From the IMG/VR virus record IMGVR_UViG_3300032308_001420, positions 11,685-75,684 of that record: a stretch of 64,000 nucleotides of DNA; one strand, given 5' to 3'. The notes under the pieces are model-generated. The model made no database searches, was not told the origin of the DNA, and saw nothing but the letters and a program-made list of their open reading frames with translations. Position 1 is the stretch's first letter; each line of letters begins with the position of its first letter. Origin of the DNA: a virus (lineage: Duplodnaviria; Caudoviricetes). Shown piece by piece: positions 37,444-48,400 of the stretch. Both the position numbers and the translations under genes were made by a program.

Positions 37444-39324
37444 TTATACGTTTTGGATTACAACCCAGTCATTGTCATAGTACTCTACTGAGCTTTCTGT
37501 CAGGGTAATTGACGCATTTGAGCTGTCATCTATTACAGAAGTGCTTCCAAGTATATAAAGGTTGTAGTGCTCTAATGCTTGCGTTGAAGTAAATTGTGCT
37601 TGATATAGGGCTAAGTTTTGAAATAAGCCAGCAACTGATCCATACAAAGAATAGTCGAACTTTAAATTGCCTCCAACTGCACTAGAAAATACTATTACGA
37701 TATGGTGTAATTGCCCTACCTTAAACACATTAGACACATTTGTCTCTGATGTTTTATTTACACCATTAACATAAATTGCTGAGATATTTGTTTTACTAAC
37801 TGTGCCTGTATTTCTCCATGAGTAGTTTGAGGCGGAATATCCATTTGTTGCTGTAGTTGATATTAGACCACTATCTGTTAGGGCATATGGAGTATAGAAG
37901 AATTCTAGGGTATTTACATCAGATTGTGTAGTCAAATAAAAACCAGAATCTTGTACCGTTTTAATTCCATTTCTGGCATCTCTAGATAAAATAGGGTACT
38001 TATTATTTCCAGTAGTTATCTCATATTCTGAGACACCTGCTACTCCATCTAATGTTGTCATATATGATCCAGAGTTATTTGAATAAAAAATTTGATCATT
38101 ATAGAAAGACATTGAAAGGCTGTATAATTTTGGAACATACTTACTAGCATCTGTTGACTCAAAAGTTATCTTTATAAAGAATGTTCTTTGTGTTGAGAAG
38201 TCATTAAGAACAAATTCTGGTATTGCCCCGCCATTTATACACTCAACATATGTAGACCCATCTAAAGATACTTCAACTGTAATTCCATTATCTCCGTCCC
38301 AATCAATTTTTGAAGAATCAATTGTAAGGGCTGCTGGAATTGAAATTATATCTTCTATATATGTGCTAGAAGATACTGCTGATTCTGTTTGAATTAAAGC
38401 AATTGAGTTATCGTTTTGATTATAATAAAGATCTTCATTCATTATATCTGGCCAAGACCTGTTGGCTGGATAAGAATAAAAGTATTGAGTTGCTATTGAG
38501 TTATCATATACTTCAAATAGCTGTCCAGATTCAGGTGTAACTATTTGAATTGGAAAAATTCCAGAGGCTTGATTATAGTGTGAACTTATTTGATTATCAG
38601 AAAGAGTATATCTATATACAGCAACACTGTTTATTAAAAAATAATCATTTTCATTTAAGGCTGGTCCGCTCTTTAAAAATAAAGATGTATTTTGAAACGG
38701 CGGAGAAGAAAGATCTTTTGTCTTTTGTAGTTGCCCATTAATATAAATAGATGCAGAAGAAACTGAATATGTGCACACTATATGTAGAACCTTGTTTAAA
38801 TATGGAACTGTGCAGAATATCTCATCGCTATCCATTTTAAATACTATATTGCCATTATCGTAAAAAACTCCAACACTGTTTGAAGAATCTCCAACTAATG
38901 GGGTTATGCTATTTGTATCAAATTTTGGATATATCCAGGCCTCTATTGTAAAATCATTATCTGAAGAATACACAGTTCCAAACTGACTAGATGTTGTAGA
39001 AGCAGTATAGTCTTTTGTAAAAGAATATTGAATTGAATTAGAGCTTGTTATTTTAGTTGATCTTGAATTTCCTACTAATACAGGAAGAATGCCTACTTCT
39101 GGATCCCCGCCATATACTCCATCATTTTCGCATCCTGAATGATCATACGCTATATCTCCATATATGTTTGCATAAGCAGATAAAAGCGGGTCGTCTAAAA
39201 TATCTTGATAGGTTTCATATAAATTTTCTAAAGATGTATAACTTGAAATATCTGCTGTTGTTAAATCATCTAAAGGATAATATCCAATAGGGTAGTCAGA
39301 AAGAACTATAGATTTATATGACAT
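37444..39324 (-). CDS. LamG/concanavalin A-like lectin-domain virion protein
   Basis: VLSDYPIGYYPLD..FTIEAWI..HIVCTY..IYING..VAVYRYTLSDNQISSHY; second LamG-like unit at the C-terminus. Confidence 0.8.
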   Translation of the reverse strand: MSYKSIVLSDYPIGYYPLDDLTTADISSYTSLENLYETYQDILDDPLLSAYANIYGDIAYDHSGCENDGVYGGDPEVGILPVLVGNSRSTKITSSNSIQYSFTKDYTASTTSSQFGTVYSSDNDFTIEAWIYPKFDTNSITPLVGDSSNSVGVFYDNGNIVFKMDSDEIFCTVPYLNKVLHIVCTYSVSSASIYINGQLQKTKDLSSPPFQNTSLFLKSGPALNENDYFLINSVAVYRYTLSDNQISSHYNQASGIFPIQIVTPESGQLFEVYDNSIATQYFYSYPANRSWPDIMNEDLYYNQNDNSIALIQTESAVSSSTYIEDIISIPAALTIDSSKIDWDGDNGITVEVSLDGSTYVECINGGAIPEFVLNDFSTQRTFFIKITFESTDASKYVPKLYSLSMSFYNDQIFYSNNSGSYMTTLDGVAGVSEYEITTGNNKYPILSRDARNGIKTVQDSGFYLTTQSDVNTLEFFYTPYALTDSGLISTTATNGYSASNYSWRNTGTVSKTNISAIYVNGVNKTSETNVSNVFKVGQLHHIVIVFSSAVGGNLKFDYSLYGSVAGLFQNLALYQAQFTSTQALEHYNLYILGSTSVIDDSSNASITLTESSVEYYDNDWVVIQNV

Positions 39325-40556
39325 TATCCACCTACCGCAGATTTAAGATATCTAACTATTACTATACCACTTCCGCCACTTCCTCCTGTATGAACAACTC
39401 CAGTGTCTGAATCATAGCTGGCTCCGCCACCACCACCACCAGTATTTGCTGTTCCAGCAATTCCATTTGCAGTAGATCCAGATGAAGGAGTTCCAGCATT
39501 TCCGCCTCCTCCAGAGCCTCCAGTTCCACGAGTTGCGGCAAAGTTAAAGTTTGTTCCGCCTCCACCTCCGCCAGCAAAGGATCCTCCAGAACCAGAAGAT
39601 GTTACGGATGCCCATACCGAATATGAGTTTGTTCCGCTTCCGCCATTTCCAGCAGTTCCAATTGCTGAAGCATTTCCACCAACTGCTCCTGCACCACCAC
39701 CACCACCCGAAGTTGCAGTAGTGACATTTGAAGAAGATAAAGCTGTTCCTCCAGCAAATCCTTGACCTGAAATTCCAGATGTTGGAGAGCTGTTAAATGA
39801 TAAATCTGATCCTCCTGGTCCAGCTCCAAAAATTACTTGTCCGTTTCCTCCACAACCAGATCCACCATTAGTGCCATTGCTTCCTCCTCCAGTTGCAGTT
39901 AATGCACCGACAGATGAGTTTGAGCCAACATTACCTCCTGCTGTTCCTGTTCCTCCTCCACCAATAGTAACTGATGTATTGCCTACTGACAAAGATGTTG
40001 CGGATGAATACAAAACTCCGCCTGCGCCACCGCCTCCACCAGTATACCAAACTGATCCGCTTGTTGAAGATCCAACACCAGATCCACCGCCTGCAATTGT
40101 TAATATGTCTGCAGTTAAAGAAGCATTTAAAACTGCAAGTGTTCCATTTGCAGTAAACTTTCTATAGTAGTAAGTTGAGTCAGAATATAGCGTTCCACCA
40201 GTCACTGATGGTATTGCATTTGGAGTTATAGAAGAAGAAGCAGATGATAAATCACTTGTTCCTATTGAATTTGTTGCAGTCATTGTAAAAGTGTAGGCTT
40301 GATTTGAAACAAATGACCCTGTGACAGAAATTGATCCATCTAAATCTGTATTTGTAAACGTGAGTGATAATGACGGACTACTAACAATTCCAACTGTAGT
40401 AATTGATGAGCCATTTGAAGCACCTAATGTATATTCAATTGTTACCTGTGTAGCACTTACTCTAGTTACTGAGTTAATTGTTGGTGCATTTGGTCTTGCT
40501 GCTTTTCCACGAAATCCATTTAAAGATGAACTGGCTATTGTTTGAATTAAGGGCAT
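39324..40556 (-). CDS. FN3 + glycine-rich domain protein (putative fibre/adhesin)
   Basis: FN3 (YTFTMTATNSIGTS), IAGGGSG, ANTGGGGGG, GGSGIVIVRY. Confidence 0.8.
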   Translation of the reverse strand: MPLIQTIASSSLNGFRGKAARPNAPTINSVTRVSATQVTIEYTLGASNGSSITTVGIVSSPSLSLTFTNTDLDGSISVTGSFVSNQAYTFTMTATNSIGTSDLSSASSSITPNAIPSVTGGTLYSDSTYYYRKFTANGTLAVLNASLTADILTIAGGGSGVGSSTSGSVWYTGGGGGAGGVLYSSATSLSVGNTSVTIGGGGTGTAGGNVGSNSSVGALTATGGGSNGTNGGSGCGGNGQVIFGAGPGGSDLSFNSSPTSGISGQGFAGGTALSSSNVTTATSGGGGGAGAVGGNASAIGTAGNGGSGTNSYSVWASVTSSGSGGSFAGGGGGGTNFNFAATRGTGGSGGGGNAGTPSSGSTANGIAGTANTGGGGGGASYDSDTGVVHTGGSGGSGIVIVRYLKSAVGG

Positions 40557-40565
40557 TATCTACTC

Positions 40566-41690
40566 CTATGCAAACTTCGTTTGTGATCCAAATACCGTGT
40601 AAGTAGCTGATGATGTTTTTAAAATTGTGTAAACGTAAGTGTCTACACTAGAAGCATTTCCTGCACTTGGTGCAGCTCCATTTAACCATTTAATACTGCT
40701 TTGTGTTGTTCCGTCAATTTGAAAAGTAGACGGATACGAAGCGGTTGATGCTCCAGTTGTATTTAAAAATGCTATTGTCATAGACTGTCCATTAGACATC
40801 AAAGAATTCAAAGTAACTCCAGAACTACCTCTAACATTTAAAGTAAATGCACTTGTTGACCCAGTTGTATAATACCAAACACTAGAAGTTGCTACATCCA
40901 TATTAATTGTTGAAGATGTTGCTGATGCAACAATATTTGCTGTTTCAAGTAATCCAGTAACTGCAGAATTTGTTTGTATTACTCCCTGAGTACCAGTAGT
41001 TCCTTGAGCTCCCGTTGCGCCTTGTGAGCCAGTTGTACCCTGTGAGCCTGTTGCACCTTGTGAACCAGTAGTACCTTGTGAACCAGTTGTACCAGTAGTA
41101 CCTTGTGAACCAGTAGTACCAGTAGTACCTTGTGAACCAGTAGTACCAGTAGCACCTTGTGAACCAGTTATTCCTTGGGCGCCAGTTGTTCCCTGTGTTC
41201 CAGTTGCGCCTTGTGCACCTTGAATAGGGCCAACATTTGTCCAAGCAGATCCAGTCCATACATACAAATCGCCAGAAATTATATAAGCATCTCCAACTGT
41301 TCCTGTTGGATGTGCCGACTGTAGAGCTCCTAGTGTTGCGTATGTTCCTAAAATATCAACGCCAGTTCCAGCAACTCCTTGTGCGCCAGTTGTTCCTTGA
41401 GTTCCTGTTGCGCCTTGTGTTCCAGTAGCTCCTTGTGTGCCAGTAGTGCCTTGTGTGCCCTGTGCGCCTTGTGTACCAGATGTGCCTTGTGTACCATTGG
41501 CTCCTTGTGTTCCTGTTGCACCCTGTGCTCCAGTGGTTCCCTGTGCTCCTTGGGAACCAGTAGTTCCTTGCGCTCCAGGATTTGCAGTTAAATAAGTATC
41601 AATGTTTTGTGCAAGTAGTTGGATATCCGCAGGAATATCTGGCGGATCTGAATAAGCAGGAAAACTAAAACCCTTTGATGTTGAGCCCAT
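40566..41690 (-). CDS. Collagen-like fibre protein
   Basis: Two G-X-Y tracts (GAQGTTGSQ); start MGSTSK at 41690. Confidence 0.85.
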   Translation of the reverse strand: MGSTSKGFSFPAYSDPPDIPADIQLLAQNIDTYLTANPGAQGTTGSQGAQGTTGAQGATGTQGANGTQGTSGTQGAQGTQGTTGTQGATGTQGATGTQGTTGAQGVAGTGVDILGTYATLGALQSAHPTGTVGDAYIISGDLYVWTGSAWTNVGPIQGAQGATGTQGTTGAQGITGSQGATGTTGSQGTTGTTGSQGTTGTTGSQGTTGSQGATGSQGTTGSQGATGAQGTTGTQGVIQTNSAVTGLLETANIVASATSSTINMDVATSSVWYYTTGSTSAFTLNVRGSSGVTLNSLMSNGQSMTIAFLNTTGASTASYPSTFQIDGTTQSSIKWLNGAAPSAGNASSVDTYVYTILKTSSATYTVFGSQTKFA

Positions 41691-41697
41691 TTTAAAA

Positions 41698-42270
41698 TTA
41701 TACCACAATTCCCATAAAATCTAAGTTTCTTTTAACGGATGAAGAATACATATTAGGCATGGGTATCTTATAAAGCTTAATAAATAATTCTTGGCTTTCA
41801 TCTTGTCGTCCTACCCACCAGGCAGCTACGGCTTTTTGAAATGTTAAGCAAAAATCTCCTGGGTAATCAACACCTATTGGAAGAGGTGCATGATTTTCTG
41901 ATAATCTATAAAGACCAACTTCTGCATAAGTATATGCTTGCTGCCAATTTTTATTTCTTTCGCTATAACGAGAAAGCAAGAACCATGCTTCAGGTCTTCC
42001 TGGTTGATATGCAGCAGCCTTTAAAAAAAGATTTTCTACTGTAGCCTGTCTATTTTTTTGATTTTCAAAACAATTTGCTGACTTTAATAATGATGCATAC
42101 ACATACTCTGGGTGTGAATAGTAACCATATTCTGCCGCCCTTAAATAAAATGAAATAGCGGCAGCAGTTTGTCCTACAAGTTCATACTCTGTAGCAATGC
42201 TAAAACAAAGTTTTGGGTCAAAAGGATCTTTGCTTAGTTTTTCAACTAATTCATTTATTACCTCAAACAT
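41698..42270 (-). CDS. TPR-repeat protein of the type found with glycosyltransferases
   Basis: [34 protein letters not shown]. Confidence 0.75.
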   Translation of the reverse strand: MFEVINELVEKLSKDPFDPKLCFSIATEYELVGQTAAAISFYLRAAEYGYYSHPEYVYASLLKSANCFENQKNRQATVENLFLKAAAYQPGRPEAWFLLSRYSERNKNWQQAYTYAEVGLYRLSENHAPLPIGVDYPGDFCLTFQKAVAAWWVGRQDESQELFIKLYKIPMPNMYSSSVKRNLDFMGIVV

Positions 42271-43261
42271 TTATGGCCTCTGCAATCATATTATCTATTA
42301 CGTCTCCTGGCACCCTTAGAGCAAAAGCTGCGTTATCTACGTAGCCGAATGTTACTAGAAGGTCGTTATCTAATTGTGCAGCGCCAGCACAAAATTCTAT
42401 TTGCCCATCTAAAAATGACCAACATTCTGGAGACATTCCCTGAAGAATAAAATTGTCATCCCATACACATAATCTATGTCTGTAGGTAGCATTTTTCTGC
42501 TTCATATAATTTTTATATAGGACAACTTCATGCGTAATAGCGATGTACTTATCTTTCCATTTAATAACTTGGGATCCACCACGCTGATCAGAATTAATAG
42601 CATTGCCTTCTTCGTGAGACACTTGCTCACATTTGGCTTCTTTAGGATCAGCTTTAACTACCTCTGTAGGAGATGTCCATTTAATATATTGAAATTCTCT
42701 ATCTAAAATCGGCATCCAGTTTTTTTCACAATACGAGTTTTCATCTATTGGTGCTGGAATTCTAATACGTGATATTTCTTCTGCCGTCCAATTATCTTTA
42801 TCAATCTTTAATTCTGATAATTCCATGCGACCAACTCCGTTGGTTGTTGTATCTCTGCGAACTCCTGTAGCATAATATTTGCTATCCCATTTAACAAGTC
42901 TGGCATCTTCTAATCCAACAAATGTCCATATCGGCTTAACATCTAATTTAGTTGTATCAATCAATGTCCAGTTAATTATATTTAAATCTTTATCAAGACG
43001 GCAGAGGTAGTTAGCAGTTACCAATCTTTGATCTTCTTCTGGATGTAAATATGCTAATGGTCCCCATACACTAGGAAATCTTTGATCATTTTCAGAGTGA
43101 TATAAAGTATAGTTTATATGTCTTAATATACATAGGATATCTCCATCATCATCTATAAAGATAGAGGGGTTCATTAATCCTGTCCCGCCCGTTTCTTCGG
43201 CGGAAATAATAAGAGGAACTAATTTTCCCCCACTAGATATTGATCTTTGTACTAGATTCAT
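42263..43261 (-). CDS. Five-bladed beta-propeller glycoside hydrolase/phosphorylase-like protein (GH130/DUF377-like)
   Basis: MNPSI, GLEDARL, EKNWMP, RGGS, IEFCAG, TFGYVD. Confidence 0.75.
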   Translation of the reverse strand: MNLVQRSISSGGKLVPLIISAEETGGTGLMNPSIFIDDDGDILCILRHINYTLYHSENDQRFPSVWGPLAYLHPEEDQRLVTANYLCRLDKDLNIINWTLIDTTKLDVKPIWTFVGLEDARLVKWDSKYYATGVRRDTTTNGVGRMELSELKIDKDNWTAEEISRIRIPAPIDENSYCEKNWMPILDREFQYIKWTSPTEVVKADPKEAKCEQVSHEEGNAINSDQRGGSQVIKWKDKYIAITHEVVLYKNYMKQKNATYRHRLCVWDDNFILQGMSPECWSFLDGQIEFCAGAAQLDNDLLVTFGYVDNAAFALRVPGDVIDNMIAEAINV

Positions 43262-43268
43262 ATAAGCA

Positions 43269-43297
43269 ATTCTACTATATTAAACAGCTATTGTAAA
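43269..43297 (-). promoter_or_regulatory. Promoter TTTACA-N17-TAGAAT, 7 nt from the ATG (leaderless type)
   Basis: Direct reading. Confidence 0.7.
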
Positions 43298-43315
43298 TGT
43301 TTAAGATTTATAAGC

Positions 43316-44101
43316 TTAACGGTATTCTTTTGGTTGTCTAAACTGGTTTTTATATGAATCAAAAAACCTAGTTTTAAGCTTATTGGTTGTCTTAGCCTGG
43401 TCGATTAAATTTTCTTCTTTGCCAATATCCATTTGCCATTCTTCTCTTTTAAATGGAATAACTTGAGCAATTGGGGTTCCCGCTGGAATCAATCCTTGCC
43501 ATTTAGTATCATTTAAAACAAAAGGGAAGTTTACTGGGGAAGTATAAGTATCCGTATCAACTACTCCAGGCATAATTGTAAATACTGATTCTCTGTGCCA
43601 AGGCTGCACAAAAGCAACAGAATATCCTGGTGGTGTTTGAATAGCCCATGGGTTTATCCATTTAGGATAAGAACCTTGATGTCCATTTCTGCTTGGATGA
43701 TTTAAAGCTTGTTCTACAGGATGAAATTGAAGAATTCCAAAATTAGCCCATTCATAATGAGGTACAGTTTTTGGAAATTTATATTCCTTTGCTTTTTCTT
43801 CTGAAAGAGGTATGGTTTCTCCAGTTTTATCAAAGTGCTCTGAGTCTGCATATTCAGCATTTATTTGTGAAATATAAACGTCTACTGGAGTTTTAATAAT
43901 ATATCCAGAGTTAATTGCGTCAAAGACTGGCATGCATCTTTTTATTGTTCCTGTAGTCATGCCTTTTCCATTAGGAACTTTTTCTCCACCCATATAAGAC
44001 TCTATATCTTTATACCATTGAGGAATGTTTTTTGATGCTGGCTCAGGTGGATATAATTCTTCTATACCAAAAATGTTAGTAAAAGTAATTATCTGTGACA
44101 T
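43316..44101 (-). CDS. Conserved phage hypothetical protein (DUF6065-like, dUTPase-like beta fold)
   Basis: KRCMPVFDA..GYII..KWINPWAIQTPPGYS..PGVVDTD..IPAGTPIAQVIPFKRE. Confidence 0.65.
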   Translation of the reverse strand: MSQIITFTNIFGIEELYPPEPASKNIPQWYKDIESYMGGEKVPNGKGMTTGTIKRCMPVFDAINSGYIIKTPVDVYISQINAEYADSEHFDKTGETIPLSEEKAKEYKFPKTVPHYEWANFGILQFHPVEQALNHPSRNGHQGSYPKWINPWAIQTPPGYSVAFVQPWHRESVFTIMPGVVDTDTYTSPVNFPFVLNDTKWQGLIPAGTPIAQVIPFKREEWQMDIGKEENLIDQAKTTNKLKTRFFDSYKNQFRQPKEYR

Positions 44102-44107
44102 GTAAAA

Positions 44108-44136
44108 AGTATACTACCTTTTAAATTGAAAGTAAA
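44108..44136 (-). promoter_or_regulatory. Promoter TTTACT-N17-TATACT, 6 nt from the ATG (leaderless type)
   Basis: Direct reading. Confidence 0.7.
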
Positions 44137-44152
44137 TAGTTTTTAATTTACT

Positions 44153-46186
44153 TTATGGTCTTCCATAAATAAGAATTCTTCCAGATCCACCAGTTGCTCC
44201 ATTTCCATGGCCACCACGAGATTCTCCAGATCCATAATAATATGTACTTCCAGATCCTCCACCGCCAGCGCCTCCTCCTGGACCACTTCCTGCAGAACCT
44301 GAGTTTCCAGCACCGCTTCCGCCGCCGCCACCATTTCCGCCAGCGCCTCCAAATGAAGCTCCTCCAGCTGCTCCATTTCCACTTGGAGAGTTAGGACCAC
44401 CATCAGGAGGAGTAGGATATCCATTAAATCCTCCTGCGCCTCCAGAACCTCCACCTCCACCCCATGCAAATGTTGTTGCATTGAGAGTATTAAATGTTAC
44501 TGATGTTGAAGATCCTCCAGCATTTCCATTACCTGAATTTACATTGCTATTTCCAACTCCGCCAGTATAATTGGTAGCATTTAACGTTCCGCCTAATGCA
44601 CCTGATGCTGTTGTTGCTCCAGCAATATTGCTTGAGCCTGTACCTCCGTTTCCACGAGCACCGCTTGTAGAACCATTTCCTCCGTTAGCTGTTGCCACAG
44701 ATGATCCACCTATTGTCAAATTACTTGCTGATCCTGCATTTCCATTACCACCTCCAGTACCTGCTGCTCCTCCTGCACCAATAGTTAAACCTAAAACTGT
44801 TCCAGAATTTATTGCATATTCATCAAAAGCCACTAGGCCTGAGCCTCCTGCTCCATAACCAGCTGCCCATGAACCATTAGGGCTAGCGCTGCCTCCGCCA
44901 CCTCCAGCAACAAATGCTCTAAGCCTTGTATATCCTGATGGCCATGTATAGTTTTGTGTAGAATTAGCTGTTAATAATAAAGCGTACTGTGGATTTGGCT
45001 GAACAGCATTTGATGCAGATGATGATGATAAAGAACTACCATTTGCATTATTTGCAACTAGTGTAAATGTATAGGATGTGTTTACTGCAAAAGATCCAGT
45101 AATTGTTAATGGGCTTGTTGTTCCAGCCGCAGTTGTTACCGCTAGTGAAGGTGATGCTGTTGCTGTATAGCTTGTAATATTAGAATTTCCAGTTGAGGGA
45201 GCAGTAAAAGTTAAAGAAACTGTAGTTGCATTTACTACAGTTGCTGTTCCGATTATTGGTCTATCTGGTACTGTTGAAGGTGTTAAAGCAGAAGAAGCAG
45301 AACTTAATGCTGAATTTCCATTAGCGTTAGTTGCAACTGCTCTGAATGTATATGATGTACCAGAAGTCAATCCAGCAACTGTAACTGGGCTTCCGCCTGA
45401 ACCAGTTAAAGATCCTGGAGTTGAAGTAACTGTAAATCCTGATACTGCCTTGCCACCTGTGCCATTGGCTGTTACTGGAACAGATGCAGAAACAGTAGAT
45501 CCAAATGCTGCGCCAGTTATATTTGTTGGTGTTCCTGTAGTTGGAGCTTGCGGAACAGATGTTGCAGTTATAGAGTTTGATGAAGAAGATGCTAAAGCAT
45601 TACCGTAACCATTTGTTGCTGTAACGGTAAAGGTGTATGATGTTCCTTGTGCTAATCCAGAAACAGTAATTGGAGAAGATGAAGCAGTTCCAGTAAAAGA
45701 GCCTGGAGTTGAAATTGCTGTAAATGAAGAAGCAAGTCCTCCACCTGAGCCTGCTGTAAATGCAACACTAGCTGAACCTGATCCATGAGTAATATTTGTT
45801 CCTATATCTGTTGCTGTTGCAGAAGTTGCAGAAGTTGGAATAACTCCGAGTTGAGACCAGCCTGCTGCTGTGTAAACTTCAATATATCCTGTTTGAGTGT
45901 TTGAATGAATCTGTCCAACTGATGGGGATCCTGGGCGGGAAGCAGTGTTTCCTACTGAATATGTTCCAGGCAATCCTGCTAATGTTGCGGGGGCATAAGT
46001 GGTGCCAGCAGATGAATATAATACTTGTCCTGATGTAGGAGAGGTTGTTGTTCCTGTTCCGCCAAATTGTGTTGCAATTGAAGAAGTTGAGTCTACATTT
46101 CCAGAAGCGTCGGAAACAAGAGGGCCAGCAGAAGTAATACCTGCTACCTGCAGCTTATTTTTAACTTTAAAATCTTTATTTGCCAA
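44153..46186 (-). CDS. FN3 x3 + glycine-rich fibre/adhesin paralogue
   Basis: KDFKVK N-terminus, three FN3 repeats, Gly-rich C-terminal domain. Confidence 0.8.
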   Translation of the reverse strand: MANKDFKVKNKLQVAGITSAGPLVSDASGNVDSTSSIATQFGGTGTTTSPTSGQVLYSSAGTTYAPATLAGLPGTYSVGNTASRPGSPSVGQIHSNTQTGYIEVYTAAGWSQLGVIPTSATSATATDIGTNITHGSGSASVAFTAGSGGGLASSFTAISTPGSFTGTASSSPITVSGLAQGTSYTFTVTATNGYGNALASSSSNSITATSVPQAPTTGTPTNITGAAFGSTVSASVPVTANGTGGKAVSGFTVTSTPGSLTGSGGSPVTVAGLTSGTSYTFRAVATNANGNSALSSASSALTPSTVPDRPIIGTATVVNATTVSLTFTAPSTGNSNITSYTATASPSLAVTTAAGTTSPLTITGSFAVNTSYTFTLVANNANGSSLSSSSASNAVQPNPQYALLLTANSTQNYTWPSGYTRLRAFVAGGGGGSASPNGSWAAGYGAGGSGLVAFDEYAINSGTVLGLTIGAGGAAGTGGGNGNAGSASNLTIGGSSVATANGGNGSTSGARGNGGTGSSNIAGATTASGALGGTLNATNYTGGVGNSNVNSGNGNAGGSSTSVTFNTLNATTFAWGGGGGSGGAGGFNGYPTPPDGGPNSPSGNGAAGGASFGGAGGNGGGGGSGAGNSGSAGSGPGGGAGGGGSGSTYYYGSGESRGGHGNGATGGSGRILIYGRP

Positions 46187-46259
46187 TTTGGTTCACTGTC
46201 CCCTTATTGATTATATCTATATTTTAGCATTGTTTAAATACAAATGCATTAAAATTTTA

Positions 46260-47978
46260 TTATACTGCAGTTTTTAGATATCTAACAATTACAATTCCTG
46301 ATCCGCCAGCACCACCAAAATAAGTGCCTGGAAAATCTCTACGTGCACCGCCTGCACCTCCTCCAGTGTTAGCAGTACCATCAAGTCCGTTGTTATCGGT
46401 ACGAGATGCTCCACCTCCATGTGATGCTGAGCCAGGAGTTGCACCTCCGCCTCCACCACCACCTGCGTATCCTCCACCTACACCAGTACCAGTAGCAGAA
46501 GCCCAAGAACTAAATGCTGTACTTCCAGCACCACCTGCACCACCATTGCCAGCGCTAGCGTTACCACCAACTGCTCCAGCACCACCACCGCCAGCGCCTA
46601 CGAAAGAAGTTTCCGTACCACTTGATGGTGCAGTTCCTCCACTATTGCCCTGACCTGCGGTTCCAGCACCAGGAGAAACTACTTGTATTGTGTAAGATGG
46701 GTTTCTTCCTCTAGCGCCACCACCTCCTGAACCTCCAGTTGCAGAAGCAGTACCATCACCATTAGCGCCATAACTACCACCTATTGCTGTAGTAAGACCA
46801 GTAAAACTTGTATTTCCAGCCAAGTCATAACTATTGCTAGGGCCTCCTGCACCTATAGAAATAGTTTTATTACCTGGAGTTAAAGTAGCATTTTCTGTGT
46901 AAACAAGACCACCAGCACCACCACCAGCAGAAGCATAATAAGAGCCTGAACTATTTGAAAATCCACCATTTCTAGCGCCTCCGCCACCAGCAACCATAAT
47001 AACATCTGCTGTTAAATTGCTATCAGAAATTCCCAAAGTTCCATTTGCAGTAAATGTTCTATAAAAGTATGTTGCATCTGATGAAAGTGTTCCACCTGTG
47101 ACAACAGGCTTAACAAGAGGAGTTACACTATTAGAAGCACTTGATGCAATGGATACTCCATTAGCATTTGTCGCAGTTATTGTAAATGTATAAGAAGTTC
47201 CACTTGTAAGTCCAGTTACTGTAATTGGAGACGAGCTTGAAGTTCCAGTAATACCACCAGGTGAAGAAGTTGCTGTGTAGCTAGTTATTGAAGATCCACC
47301 AGTTGCATTTGCTGTAAATGTAATTGTTGCAGATGTGGGTCCTGCTACAGATGCTGTACCAATTGTTGGTGCTTGAGGAACTGTTGTAGCAGTTATAGAA
47401 GATGTTGGTGCTGTTGCTGTAGCATTTCCATAGCCATTTGTTGCAATTATTGTAAAAGTGTATGCTGTTGCAGACTGCAAACCAGTAACTGTTACTGGTG
47501 AAGAAGAGCCTGATCCAGTAAAACCGCCTGGAGAAGACGTTGCTGTATATGTTGAAGCTAATCCACCACCAGATGCTGGTGTAAATGTTACTGTTGCAGA
47601 TCCATTATTAAATGCTCTGGATGTGCCTACATTTGTTGCTGTTCCAATAGTTGGAGTAAGAGGAATTACGCCAAGTTGCGACCAGCCTGCTGCAGTATAA
47701 ACTTCAATATAACCAGTTTGTGTATTTGAGTAAATATCACCTAATGCAGGAGATCCTGGTCTACTTGCTGTATCTCCTTTTGTAAATCCATTTGGCAATG
47801 TAACCCAAGATGTTGTTGTTCCGTTGGTTTGTAAAACTTTATTAGTGTTATCTGTTTGAGTTGGTAGTAATGCATTTAGAGCATTAGATGCAGATGTTTG
47901 TCCTGTTCCGCCCTCTGTTATAGGAAGGGGTGTACCAAGATCTAGTCCTGATTTTACTTTAAAATCTTTATCTGCCAT
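46260..47978 (-). CDS. FN3 x2 + glycine-rich fibre/adhesin paralogue
   Basis: KDFKVK N-terminus, FN3 repeats, GGSGIVIVRY end. Confidence 0.8.
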   Translation of the reverse strand: MADKDFKVKSGLDLGTPLPITEGGTGQTSASNALNALLPTQTDNTNKVLQTNGTTTSWVTLPNGFTKGDTASRPGSPALGDIYSNTQTGYIEVYTAAGWSQLGVIPLTPTIGTATNVGTSRAFNNGSATVTFTPASGGGLASTYTATSSPGGFTGSGSSSPVTVTGLQSATAYTFTIIATNGYGNATATAPTSSITATTVPQAPTIGTASVAGPTSATITFTANATGGSSITSYTATSSPGGITGTSSSSPITVTGLTSGTSYTFTITATNANGVSIASSASNSVTPLVKPVVTGGTLSSDATYFYRTFTANGTLGISDSNLTADVIMVAGGGGARNGGFSNSSGSYYASAGGGAGGLVYTENATLTPGNKTISIGAGGPSNSYDLAGNTSFTGLTTAIGGSYGANGDGTASATGGSGGGGARGRNPSYTIQVVSPGAGTAGQGNSGGTAPSSGTETSFVGAGGGGAGAVGGNASAGNGGAGGAGSTAFSSWASATGTGVGGGYAGGGGGGGATPGSASHGGGASRTDNNGLDGTANTGGGAGGARRDFPGTYFGGAGGSGIVIVRYLKTAV

Positions 47979-48027
47979 TGGTACACCTATCCTTTAATTA
48001 TTTTATTATTATAAAATTAATATAATA

Positions 48028-48366
48028 TTATCCTATAATTTTCCAATTTAAATTTTCTTCGTCCCAGGTATAAATATTTTCATCTTTTGGATAAGGAATT
48101 GGTGGATTCCACCTTATTTCTTCTTCATCAAATACCCAAGAACTAAAAGGCTTTTGTGGAATAAATATATCTTTATTTTCATCATATGTATCTCCAATTC
48201 CAGCAAATTTATTTCTAAAATTAGAATTATATGATGTTTGAATCCATCTGCCTCCTAGATTATCAACAAGCCACTTATAGCCTTCGTCGCCATTTGGATC
48301 ATCATTATTTCCAACTGTTACACGAATGACAGTATTATTTTCATCAATTTCTGCCCAATGACTCAT
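48028..48366 (-). CDS. Small fibre-partner protein (MxHWAE.DENN family)
   Basis: Paralogue of 50379..50738; AGIGDTYDENKDIFIP..WNPPIPYP..WDEENLNW. Confidence 0.7.
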   Translation of the reverse strand: MSHWAEIDENNTVIRVTVGNNDDPNGDEGYKWLVDNLGGRWIQTSYNSNFRNKFAGIGDTYDENKDIFIPQKPFSSWVFDEEEIRWNPPIPYPKDENIYTWDEENLNWKIIG

Positions 48367-48400
48367 TTTTTTCTCCTTGTCTTTTTATTAAAATATGTTA

